A stretch of DNA of 41,480 nucleotides from Candidatus Dojkabacteria bacterium (lineage in GTDB: Bacteria; Patescibacteriota; Dojkabacteria; SC72). The stretch spans positions 1 to 41,480 of the forward strand of contig JBAYNT010000001.1 in the NCBI GenBank assembly GCA_041678645.1, given 5' to 3'. Under the pieces are notes generated by a model that was not told the DNA's origin, did no database searches, and saw only the letters and a program-made list of their open reading frames with translations. Made by a program: the position numbers and the translations under genes. This document shows, in pieces, positions 33,853-41,480 of the stretch; position 1 is the stretch's first letter; every line of letters begins with the position of its first letter.

Positions 33853-35199
33853 TTACTCCAATATTTTATACAAGCCAATACTATGACTTGCCTTTAGTAA
33901 TATAGCGGTATCTTTGTTGCCACTTTCGGAATCAACTACAATCTTTTTTGCTTCTTCCCAACTTTCTAATCTCTCACCAAAGGCAAAATCAGAGTAGAAA
34001 TCCCCTATGTAATATACCTTATCAAACTCCTTTGATTTTGCTAACTCTCCTAATACTCTATGCTGATCTTTTGCGACTTCTCCTAGCTCCTTCATATCTC
34101 CCAGTATTGCAACCTTATTATATTGTTCCTTATCAAATATCTCGTCAAAAGTTTCAATAGACATCTTCATAGATGTAGGATTAGCATTGTAGGCATCATT
34201 GATAACAGTCAACCTGTCATTTATTTCTTTGATTTCAAACCTACCGACAAACCCCTCATAGAAGGTTAGGCCATCAATAGAATCCTGTATATCTATAGCT
34301 AACAAATCTGCAATAGCTATTGCCCCAAGACAGTTGTAAGCCAACTCTCTTCCAAACGCCTTTATTTTTGCATCGTACTTCTTTTCATCATGAACAAAAG
34401 TAAATTGTGTGCCCTCTCTACTAACGGAAGTGTTAATCAATTTAAAGTCTTTACCTTCATAACCGTATGTTAACAGCTGATAGCTATAATCTTTCTCAAT
34501 CTTTTGTAACCAACTGTCATCTACATTAAGTACCAAAGGCTTACCACTACGATGTAAATAATCAGCCAAATCTTTTTTTGTTTTATAAACATTTTCTATA
34601 CCCCCAACATTTTCAGCATGTACATAGCCAATATTTAATATTACCCCAAGATCTGGTTCTAAGGCTCTACATTGCCAGCCAATCTCTCCAGGCCTATCCA
34701 TACCCATTTCAAGAATAATATACTCCTCTCCATTGTATTGCGACAATAGTTTTGCATTTCCCCAAAGGGTATTAATATTACTATTTGTAGCCAAAACGCT
34801 CCCTTTATAACTCAAAATCTTTTGTAGCATCTCTCTTGTTGTTGTCTTGCCTGTACTACCTGTAATAGCGATTTTTGGTACTAAGATATCTGAGAACAGG
34901 ATATTTATAATTTTTTCAAGACCTTCCTCAATAGAATCAACTACGATAATTGGTTTTTTAAGATTGACATATTCCGAAACGAAACTACTCTCACACAGCG
35001 TTACTACAGCACCTCCCTCGAATGCTTGAGGAATAAAATCATGGCCGTCAAAGTTCTCACCTTTGAGTGGGAAGAAGATATCTCCTTCCTCAACAGTTCG
35101 GCTATCATAGCTAACACCGGAAATGGCAACATCCTCATAGTTTAATATTTCAAACTCTGGGAGTTTGCTAAGTATAGTTTTCAGATTTACGTTCTTCAT
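33853..35199 (-). CDS. murF: UDP-N-acetylmuramoyl-tripeptide--D-alanyl-D-alanine ligase
   Basis: Mur ligase P-loop ITGSTGKTTTREML and MurF-type N- and C-terminal domains are present. The track ORF begins at a TTG (35244); the ATG at 35199 (MKNVNLKTIL) is preferred. Its stop is 1 nt from the murA stop. Confidence 0.9.
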   Translation of the reverse strand: MKNVNLKTILSKLPEFEILNYEDVAISGVSYDSRTVEEGDIFFPLKGENFDGHDFIPQAFEGGAVVTLCESSFVSEYVNLKKPIIVVDSIEEGLEKIINILFSDILVPKIAITGSTGKTTTREMLQKILSYKGSVLATNSNINTLWGNAKLLSQYNGEEYIILEMGMDRPGEIGWQCRALEPDLGVILNIGYVHAENVGGIENVYKTKKDLADYLHRSGKPLVLNVDDSWLQKIEKDYSYQLLTYGYEGKDFKLINTSVSREGTQFTFVHDEKKYDAKIKAFGRELAYNCLGAIAIADLLAIDIQDSIDGLTFYEGFVGRFEIKEINDRLTVINDAYNANPTSMKMSIETFDEIFDKEQYNKVAILGDMKELGEVAKDQHRVLGELAKSKEFDKVYYIGDFYSDFAFGERLESWEEAKKIVVDSESGNKDTAILLKASHSIGLYKILE

Positions 35200-35249
35200 A
35201 AGACTCTCAGAGAAATTTAGATGATATATCTTACCACAAGACAAACCAA

Positions 35250-35273
35250 GAGGTCAGGCCTAGGCCTGGCCTC
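35250..35273. other. GC-rich near-perfect palindrome (hairpin) in the murF upstream region
   Basis: GAGGTCAGGCCTAGGCCTGGCCTC is self-complementary except for one T-G position. Its GC content is far above the local background. Confidence 0.6.
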
Positions 35274-35278
35274 TCAAG

Positions 35279-35480
35279 CCCAAAAGCTTGTACCAAAGAC
35301 GAAATAGCAAATACAGGGTCGGACCTAACACAGACCTACAATACCCAAAAGTTTGTACCAAAGACGAAGTAGCAAATACAGGGCCCGACCTAACAGAAAC
35401 CCCAATACCCAAAAGCTTGTACCAAAGACGAAGTGGCAAATACAGGGTCGGACCTAACACGGACCATATATAACCCAAAA
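35279..35480. repeat. 3.1 copies of a 64-66 bp direct tandem repeat in the murF/mraZ divergent intergenic region
   Basis: The units are 35279-35343, 35344-35407 and 35408-35473, plus a partial CCCAAAA at 35474-35480. The first ~53 nt (CCCAAAAGCTTGTACCAAAGACGAARTRGCAAATACAGGGYCSGACCTAACA) are nearly identical between units and the last ~11-13 nt vary. Confidence 0.85.
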
Positions 35481-35513
35481 TTCGCATAACATATACCTTG
35501 TAGTATTTCTTAC

Positions 35514-35543
35514 TTGACCAACACATAATTTTAATGTTACATT
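35514..35543 (+). promoter_or_regulatory. candidate mraZ (dcw) promoter
   Basis: TTGACC (35514-35519), then a 17/18-nt spacer, then TTACAT/TACATT (35537-35543). It lies immediately upstream of the MraZ boxes. Confidence 0.4.
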
Positions 35544-35568
35544 AGTGGCAAGAAGTGGAAAAAAGTGG
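35544..35568 (+). promoter_or_regulatory. MraZ operator: three AGTGG direct repeats at exact 10-bp phasing
   Basis: AGTGG starts at 35544, 35554 and 35564 (AGTGGcaagaAGTGGaaaaaAGTGGgg), 23 nt upstream of the mraZ ATG. This matches the described arrangement of three phased repeats with a GTGG core bound by MraZ. Confidence 0.6.
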
Positions 35569-35590
35569 GGAAGAATGATATAGTGAAATT

Positions 35591-36034
35591 ATGCTAATAG
35601 GAGAATACACAGCAAAAGTCGGTGCAAAGAAAAGAGTTTCACTTCCTACAAAATTTAGAGAAGAGTTGGGAGATGAAATTATCTTAACTCGAGGGTATGA
35701 AGATGCCCTTATAGTAGTAAACAAGAAGTTATGGAAGAAGATAGGGTCTGAAGTAATAAACGGTTCTTTTATAAATAAAAACATCCGAGATACAAGTAGA
35801 TTTCTTGTCGGTGGAGCCAGAGAGTTACAATTAGATTCACAAGGAAGATTTGTAATTCCTCAAACACTCTTTGAACATGCTCAACTATCTGATGAAGTGA
35901 TCTTTATCGGTTTAGCTAACTGGGTTGAGATATGGGATAAGCAAAAGTGGGAGGAGAGACTTAAATATCTTAAAGAAAATAGTGACAAGATAGCTCAAGA
36001 GATTGCTAAGATTAATACCGATGATAATGGATAA
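35591..36034 (+). CDS. mraZ: transcriptional regulator MraZ
   Basis: 147 aa with two SpoVT/AbrB-like MraZ repeats (KKRVSLPTKFREEL ... DSQGRFVIPQTL). It is the first gene of the dcw block. Confidence 0.95.
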   Translation: MLIGEYTAKVGAKKRVSLPTKFREELGDEIILTRGYEDALIVVNKKLWKKIGSEVINGSFINKNIRDTSRFLVGGARELQLDSQGRFVIPQTLFEHAQLSDEVIFIGLANWVEIWDKQKWEERLKYLKENSDKIAQEIAKINTDDNG

Positions 36035-36911
36035 GATACATATACCAGTGCTACTAGAGGAATCAATTAAGGCATTGAATGTAGAGCCTAGTGGTTTTTA
36101 CATTGATTGTACCCTTGGAGATGGAGGTCATAGTAATAAAATACTGTCCCAACTTTCATCTCAAGGGTTGCTCCTAAGCATCGATAGAGATCAGAATGCA
36201 ATAGACTTTGTAAAGGGCTACTATGAAATCCCTCCGAATTGGATATTAGTAAAAAGCAATTTCTCACAAGTAAAGGAAGTTTTGGACTCAAACAAGATTG
36301 AGAAACAGCCCAACGGAATACTGATGGACCTGGGTCTTTCATCAAGACAGCTAGAGAAATCTAACGATAGGGGATTTAGTTATCAAGAGGAAGCCGAGTC
36401 TTTAGACATGAGAATGGATACAGATCTTGCTGTCAGTGCACTCGACTTACTTAAAGTATTAAACGAGCACGAACTTAGCAAGCTTTTCAAGTTGTACGGT
36501 GAGGAGAAACGTTCTAAAGCAATAGCGAAAGTCATCAAAGAAAATATCTCGGAAATAAAAACTGTTGGAGATCTCAAAAGTCTTATCTATAAAGTTGTTC
36601 CGGTAGCATCGAACAACCGAAACCCTTCACGCAGGGTTTTCCAGGCCCTGCGTATTGCGGTTAACGATGAGCTTAATAGCTTAAAAGACGGACTAGATAG
36701 CGCTTTTGAGGTCTTATCAGCAGATGGAAGATTAGTTGTAATAGCTTTTCACTCCCTTGAGGATAGAATCATAAAAGATTTTTTTAACGAAAAAGAATTA
36801 AAAGAGGAAGGAAAGATACTGTCAAGAAAGCCAATTACTCCTAGCGAAGATGAATTGCAAAATAATCCAAGATCTTCTTCTGCCAAACTAAGATTTTTAA
36901 GAAAAGTTTAA
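36027..36911 (+). CDS. rsmH: 16S rRNA (cytosine1402-N4)-methyltransferase
   Basis: It has HIPVLLEES, DCTLGDGGHS, DLGLSS.Q and FHSLEDR.IK. The preferred ATG at 36027 overlaps the mraZ stop (ATGGATAA); the track ORF starts at 36003. Confidence 0.9.
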   Translation: MDKIHIPVLLEESIKALNVEPSGFYIDCTLGDGGHSNKILSQLSSQGLLLSIDRDQNAIDFVKGYYEIPPNWILVKSNFSQVKEVLDSNKIEKQPNGILMDLGLSSRQLEKSNDRGFSYQEEAESLDMRMDTDLAVSALDLLKVLNEHELSKLFKLYGEEKRSKAIAKVIKENISEIKTVGDLKSLIYKVVPVASNNRNPSRRVFQALRIAVNDELNSLKDGLDSAFEVLSADGRLVVIAFHSLEDRIIKDFFNEKELKEEGKILSRKPITPSEDELQNNPRSSSAKLRFLRKV

Positions 36912-36928
36912 TATATTACTGCCTACAA

Positions 36929-37219
36929 TTGAAAAAAAAGAACTTTACATTTAAAACCTTCATTTTAATAACAATACTGTTTTTTGTCGCTCAACTAATT
37001 GTAAATTCAAACCTCAGCCCTTTAGGTACAAGGTTGCAAGAGCTGAATAGTGAAAAAGAGTATCTTGTAGAATCCAATGAAAATATTAGCGAAGAATTAG
37101 CAAAGCTTGATTCAATCATTGTAGTTAAGGAATTAGCTCAGAAGAAATTAAATTTCGGTAAACACGATGGACAGTCTATACTGTATATAAAGCAAGAAAG
37201 TGTGTTAGCGGAAAAATAG
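36929..37219 (+). CDS. FtsL-like cell-division protein
   Basis: 96 aa with a TTG start, a single N-terminal transmembrane helix followed by a coiled-coil (LQELNSEKEYLVESNENISEELAKL). It occupies the canonical position between rsmH and ftsI. Confidence 0.55.
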   Translation: MKKKNFTFKTFILITILFFVAQLIVNSNLSPLGTRLQELNSEKEYLVESNENISEELAKLDSIIVVKELAQKKLNFGKHDGQSILYIKQESVLAEK

Positions 37220-37221
37220 TT

Positions 37222-39033
37222 ATGGCAGCTATAAACAAACTTCATAGTAGCAGAAGAAACTCTAAGAAAAAAACTTCTCACTCAGGGTATACCATTGTAA
37301 ACATCTTTATTATTATTCTCGGTTGCTTAGTATTAGTACAGGCCTTTCGATGGCAGATTGTTGATAGACAAAAGTTTTTAACGCTTGCTTCTCAGCAGTA
37401 CTCTAATACAGGCAGGGAGTTACCTCAAAGAGGTAAAATTATCGCAAAAGATGGGACAATTCTAGCTGTAGATGAACCCGTATGGAATGCGTATCTAAGC
37501 TTGAGTTCTGACAAGAAAGAAAGAGAGGAGTTCTTTTCTAAGAAGGAAAAGTTTGTATCAGAGATTGCTACCATTCTCGTTATAACAAAGGAAGAGATAG
37601 ATTCTAAAATAAATGAAGATTTCCGATATGTGAAAATTGCAGAGGGTATCTCCAATGAGAAGAAAACCGCTTTAGAAGATGTTCACATTTTTAATATTCC
37701 AAAACTAGGATTATACTTTGAAAAGGATGTTAGACGTTCCTATCCTAACAACAGCTTAGCTTCCCATGTCCTAGGCTTTATAGGCCGCACTTCGGACGGT
37801 GAATATCTTGGACAGTACGGGATAGAAGGCTACTATTTCTCAGACATAGAGGGTCAGGAAGGCTATTTTAGCGGAGAAAAAGACTCCAGTGGGAATGTCA
37901 TACTTAATGAAGAATACGATCCTTTGCAGGCCAGATCTGGGAAAACGTTCCGATTAACAATAAACCCTAGCATCCAATTAAAAGTTGAGGAACTCTTAGA
38001 GGAAGGTGTCAAAAAGACCCAATCAAAGAGTGGAACAGTAATTATAATGGATCCTAAAACAGGTGCTATCATAGCAATGGCCAATTATCCTAACTATAAT
38101 CCAAATGAATATTGGCTCACGCAAGAACCATGGATATTTAAAAATCTCGCAGTATCAGACGTATATGAATACGGCTCTGTGCATAAACCTATTACTCTAG
38201 CGATAGCAATTGAATCTGGTGTTCCAAAAGATTTTACATGCACAGATAGCACGGGCTATTTAGATCTCTATGAGGCGACAGGATACAATGATCTTAAGGG
38301 GAGAAAAATATATACCTGGGACAAAAGGCCTGATGGCGAACAGAATTTCCGACAAATACTGGCGAACTCTAATAACCCCTGTATGGCAAGGACAGCCTTA
38401 GAAACAGGTTTCGAGTACTATTTCCCAAAGTTAAAAGAATTTGGTATTGGTTCATCAATAAATATCGGACTGCAAGAGGAATCGACTAGCTACCTTAAGC
38501 CTTATGAGAAATGGACTAAACTAGATTTGATAACAGCTTCTTATGGCCAAGGAATCTCTGCAACACCTCTCCAGGTTATTTCTGCAATCTCAACAATTGC
38601 CAACGGCGGGAAGCGAATGCAACCGTATATAGTAGATGCAATGATAGAAGGAAATGTTATAAATGTTACTAACCCTCAAGTCATCTCTCAACCAATATCT
38701 GAAGATACTGCAGATACCGTAGCAGATATGATGAAGTCAGTGGTCGAGCAGGGAGGTATATTTGAAACAGAGAAAGAGAGGGTAAAAGAGTATGAGATAT
38801 CAGCAAAAACTGGTACAGCACAAGTCGTAAAGGCAGGGGAAGCTGGATATCAAAAAGATAAAACTATAGCAACCTATATTGGTTTTGCACCAACTGTAAA
38901 TCCTAAAATGATTATGCTACTTAGACTCTCCGAAGCTAAAACTGGTGAATTCTCTTCCTATACAGCAGTGCCTCTTTGGAATGATATCTTTTTAGAAATA
39001 GTTAATGACCTAGAAATTCCTAAGAGAAATTGA
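37222..39033 (+). CDS. ftsI: class B penicillin-binding protein (peptidoglycan D,D-transpeptidase FtsI-type)
   Basis: 603 aa with a transmembrane anchor, a PBP dimerisation domain and transpeptidase motifs SVHK (SxxK), SNN (SxN) and KTGTA. Confidence 0.9.
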   Translation: MAAINKLHSSRRNSKKKTSHSGYTIVNIFIIILGCLVLVQAFRWQIVDRQKFLTLASQQYSNTGRELPQRGKIIAKDGTILAVDEPVWNAYLSLSSDKKEREEFFSKKEKFVSEIATILVITKEEIDSKINEDFRYVKIAEGISNEKKTALEDVHIFNIPKLGLYFEKDVRRSYPNNSLASHVLGFIGRTSDGEYLGQYGIEGYYFSDIEGQEGYFSGEKDSSGNVILNEEYDPLQARSGKTFRLTINPSIQLKVEELLEEGVKKTQSKSGTVIIMDPKTGAIIAMANYPNYNPNEYWLTQEPWIFKNLAVSDVYEYGSVHKPITLAIAIESGVPKDFTCTDSTGYLDLYEATGYNDLKGRKIYTWDKRPDGEQNFRQILANSNNPCMARTALETGFEYYFPKLKEFGIGSSINIGLQEESTSYLKPYEKWTKLDLITASYGQGISATPLQVISAISTIANGGKRMQPYIVDAMIEGNVINVTNPQVISQPISEDTADTVADMMKSVVEQGGIFETEKERVKEYEISAKTGTAQVVKAGEAGYQKDKTIATYIGFAPTVNPKMIMLLRLSEAKTGEFSSYTAVPLWNDIFLEIVNDLEIPKRN

Positions 39034-39066
39034 GATAATAGCTTAATAACTTTATTGGCCTAGAAA

Positions 39067-40095
39067 ATGTTAGAAATACTCAAATCCGGATTCCATGATA
39101 TGTTCATAAGTGCATTCGCCGCAATGGTCTTCACCCCTATAATGATTTCTCTACTTTATAAGTTTAATCAGGTTAGTGGAATTAAGAAAACAGAATTAGG
39201 AGAAGGAAAAGGTACTAATGCCTTGTTCTTACAGATTATGAACACACAAAAGACTAATGGAACGCCTAATATGGGTGGGATTATGATTTGGATATTAGTC
39301 CCTCTTCTTACATATTTCCTAGTAGAATTGACGCCCACAATAAAGATTTTTTTGATTGGTTTTGCCCTCTCAGGCTTTTGGGGTTTTATAGATGTAGCAG
39401 TTATTACAAATGGTTTTAAAAATAACGCAAAATTTAGGGCATACCAGGAAACTTTCTGGTGGAGATTCGGCAAATTAATAGTCGCCGTATTAATCAATTT
39501 CTTAGTCATGGTCCTACTTTACAGATCTGGAGAATTTAATAGCCTTTCATTTCTACAACTCTTTTCAATTGGAATCACCCCAACTGTAGTAGTAGCTCTC
39601 AGTGTTCTTGGCCAATTTGCTATTTATTCTGCCGAGTTAACAGATGGGCTAGATGGCTTAATGATAGGGATATTTGCCATAATAGATATTGCTTTCCTTA
39701 TTTTACTTCTTACTCAAGGACAGTATGCTTTCATTCCCATTCTTATGATTATCCTTGGTGTTCTAATTATAAACCTTTACTTTAATATACCTCCTGCAAG
39801 GTTCTGGAATGGTGGGCCAGGAGCAATGCCGCTTGGTTTTGCATTCTTCTTTATAGCCTTAATCACAAATAACCTTATACCGTATTTCTTAATAACAGGA
39901 ATTACTTGGGTAATAATGCTCTCAAGTATGATCCAATTGATAAGTATGAAGTTTTTAAAGAAGAAGGTCTTTAAAATAGCTCCTCTTCATCATCATTTTC
40001 AGGCAGTAGGGTGGCCACAGTATAAAATTGTTATGAGATTCTGGCTATTTACAGCTTTTGCTTGTGCAGTGGGAATCTATCTGGGATTATTATAA
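39067..40095 (+). CDS. mraY: phospho-N-acetylmuramoyl-pentapeptide-transferase
   Basis: 342 aa and polytopic. It has TPNMGGIMI, LTDGLDGL and APLHHHFQ..GW. Confidence 0.95.
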   Translation: MLEILKSGFHDMFISAFAAMVFTPIMISLLYKFNQVSGIKKTELGEGKGTNALFLQIMNTQKTNGTPNMGGIMIWILVPLLTYFLVELTPTIKIFLIGFALSGFWGFIDVAVITNGFKNNAKFRAYQETFWWRFGKLIVAVLINFLVMVLLYRSGEFNSLSFLQLFSIGITPTVVVALSVLGQFAIYSAELTDGLDGLMIGIFAIIDIAFLILLLTQGQYAFIPILMIILGVLIINLYFNIPPARFWNGGPGAMPLGFAFFFIALITNNLIPYFLITGITWVIMLSSMIQLISMKFLKKKVFKIAPLHHHFQAVGWPQYKIVMRFWLFTAFACAVGIYLGLL

Positions 40096-40101
40096 CTTGC
40101 C

Positions 40102-40764
40102 CTAATGGCAAACAACTACTTCGCCATTCTCCTTAACGAAAGCATCACCTTTATTAAACACCCTTCCGTCTAAGATGCAAATCTTTGCTTCAATAACTCT
40201 GTTACCCTCTGATTGATAATATATTTTTGATACCTCGCTTAGCCCATGAATCATGAAAGTATTAGAAACCATACACCCTTGGGTATAAGGTCCTGCCAAA
40301 AGGTTTGTGGAAGTTGTAAGATAAAGGTCTTTACCATCAAACAGATAGTATCCAATTTGAGGTGGTAATTGGGCCTTCGTATCACACAAGCTTGATCTTT
40401 CGACTACTACTTTTAGGCCTTTATCTACAGTAGTAACCTCACTAAATCTCATCTCTTCGATATCCATTTTAACTCCTAAGAAACTAAGGAAAACTGAAGA
40501 AAAATCCATATCCTCATTGGTATACTCCGTGGTTTCTAAGGTATTCATAGACTCTATTTCCTCGCAGACTACCTTACCTTTCTCGTTGCAAAAACATCGA
40601 GGCTGTTCGGGTATTGCTTGACCTACAGTATACTCGCTACCTCCATACACACATTTTTTTAGTCCAAATTGGTCTTTAAAAGTCGCTATAAACATTGTTA
40701 AAGCAGTAACAAACAAAGCGACAGTAAAGAATATTAACCAATTAGGGTTCCATTTACGATTCAT
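40102..40764 (-). CDS. membrane-anchored Cys-rich hypothetical protein
   Basis: 220 aa with an N-terminal transmembrane helix. A related Cys/Gly motif occurs at both ends of the ectodomain (CVYGGSEYTVGQAI...CFCNEKGKVVC and CILDGRVFNKGDAF...NGEVVVC). Confidence 0.6.
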   Translation of the reverse strand: MNRKWNPNWLIFFTVALFVTALTMFIATFKDQFGLKKCVYGGSEYTVGQAIPEQPRCFCNEKGKVVCEEIESMNTLETTEYTNEDMDFSSVFLSFLGVKMDIEEMRFSEVTTVDKGLKVVVERSSLCDTKAQLPPQIGYYLFDGKDLYLTTSTNLLAGPYTQGCMVSNTFMIHGLSEVSKIYYQSEGNRVIEAKICILDGRVFNKGDAFVKENGEVVVCH

Positions 40765-40844
40765 AACGAGAGTATTTTAACACATATCAGGAATATTCTT
40801 AAATGATTGATAATTAAGATTTAAAAATATGTTAGAATCATCCT

Positions 40845-41480
40845 ATGCACGATTCACATATACACTTGGCAATGAAACCTCTAAATGAAAACTGGGAAAG
40901 GGATACTCAAGATTTTCTTAATCTAGGTGGAAGGAAAATAGTAACTCAGGGAACAGATATTCTTGATTTCTGCGAGACTTTTGAATTAGCGCAGAAAATA
41001 AATGATAGGTTCGAACAAGAAATAGTACGAAGCGCAATAGGAATACACCCAACAGTATTTCAAGAGAAATTTAATAAAAAGAATGTAGATGAGATTTTTG
41101 AAAGCAGCAAGAAATTTCTTAATAGATTTCAGGATATCTTTGAGAAAGAGAAGGTGAGGATCTGCGCTATTGGAGAAACAGGATTAGATTATTTCCAAAT
41201 GAAAAACTTTAATCTCTCTCAAGAAGTTATTAGTGCACTAAAAGAAATACAAAAAGAAAGTTTTAGATTACACGTAAGATTAGCAAAAGAGAATGATTTG
41301 CCTTTAAGCATACATGCAAGAGAAATAGAAGGAGGAATTAACTGTGTTACCGATGCATTAGAAATATTAGCTCAGGAGGGTAAAGGATTAGTGAAAGGAG
41401 TATTTCATAGCTATACCGGAGAGTTGAGCAAATTAAGTGACATCCTAGATATGGGATTCTACGTTGGTTTTAATGCCATC
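40845..41480 (+). CDS. TatD-family metal-dependent hydrolase/DNase; 3' end lies outside the window
   Basis: Hand translation from the ATG at 40845 is open to the window end: MHDSHIHLAM...AIGIHP...AIGETGLDYF...LPLSIHAREI...GVFHSYTG...GFYVGFNAI. These are the TatD metal-ligand motifs HxH, E and H. The ORF is not in the supplied track because it has no stop in the window. Confidence 0.85.
   Translation, partial: MHDSHIHLAMKPLNENWERDTQDFLNLGGRKIVTQGTDILDFCETFELAQKINDRFEQEIVRSAIGIHPTVFQEKFNKKNVDEIFESSKKFLNRFQDIFEKEKVRICAIGETGLDYFQMKNFNLSQEVISALKEIQKESFRLHVRLAKENDLPLSIHAREIEGGINCVTDALEILAQEGKGLVKGVFHSYTGELSKLSDILDMGFYVGFNAI

Noticed and set aside
35200-35244. TTG/ATG-extended N-termini given in the ORF track for murF (35244), ftsW (29074) and rsmH (36003)
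   Set aside because: The extensions add non-conserved residues and overlap neighbouring genes or the palindrome. The internal ATGs at 35199, 29113 and 36027 begin at the conserved N-termini of these families.
35279-35480. Possible CRISPR array, because of regularly spaced repeats in an intergenic region
   Set aside because: The units are contiguous 64-66 bp direct repeats in which only 11-13 nt vary. There are no ~30-nt unique spacers and only 3 copies, and no cas genes occur anywhere in the window. It is a tandem repeat, not a CRISPR.
35260-35526. 88-aa minus-strand ORF and 61-aa plus-strand ORF (35288-35473) spanning the tandem repeats
   Set aside because: Both frames are open only because the repeat unit lacks stops. 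The translations are repeat-derived and hydrophobic/aromatic-rich with no start context. The two opposite-strand ORFs cannot both be real.
1-41480. Alternative genetic code (UGA recoding, as in some CPR lineages), prompted by the eRF1-like gene
   Set aside because: TGA terminates ftsI (39031-39033) and the DUF167 gene. All long housekeeping ORFs are intact under code 11 with no in-frame TGA-dependent breaks.

Overview
AT-rich, very compact bacterial chromosomal segment in the standard genetic code: TGA is used as a stop and all housekeeping ORFs are intact. It is almost entirely housekeeping. It carries a fragmented and rearranged dcw cell-wall cluster (ftsW-murG-murB-murA, then an inverted murF, then mraZ-rsmH-ftsL-ftsI-mraY). 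Other calls are hisS, typA, def, pyk, msrB, secG, a MiaB-family methylthiotransferase, a DEAD-box helicase, an RRM RNA-binding protein, two ABC systems, three tRNAs and a TatD nuclease. Archaeal/eukaryotic-type components (eRF1/Pelota-like protein, eukaryote-like HisRS, archaeal-type Cmk, RRM protein), tiny intergenic spaces and many membrane-anchored orphan proteins fit a reduced Patescibacteria/CPR-like genome; this lineage call is inference only. No CRISPR, cas, transposase, integrase or phage module was seen. Two non-coding signals stand out. (1) At 5282-5634 there is a self-contained promoter-to-terminator unit encoding three tandem ~95-nt cloverleaf-shaped RNA modules. All four helices of these modules are maintained by compensatory changes between copies, and the unit lies beside the RRM protein and DEAD-box helicase genes. 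(2) At 35279-35480 there are 3.1 copies of a 64-66 bp direct repeat plus a GC-rich palindrome in the divergent murF/mraZ control region, next to a textbook triple MraZ box. All functional calls come from reading motifs in the supplied translations; no database search was possible.
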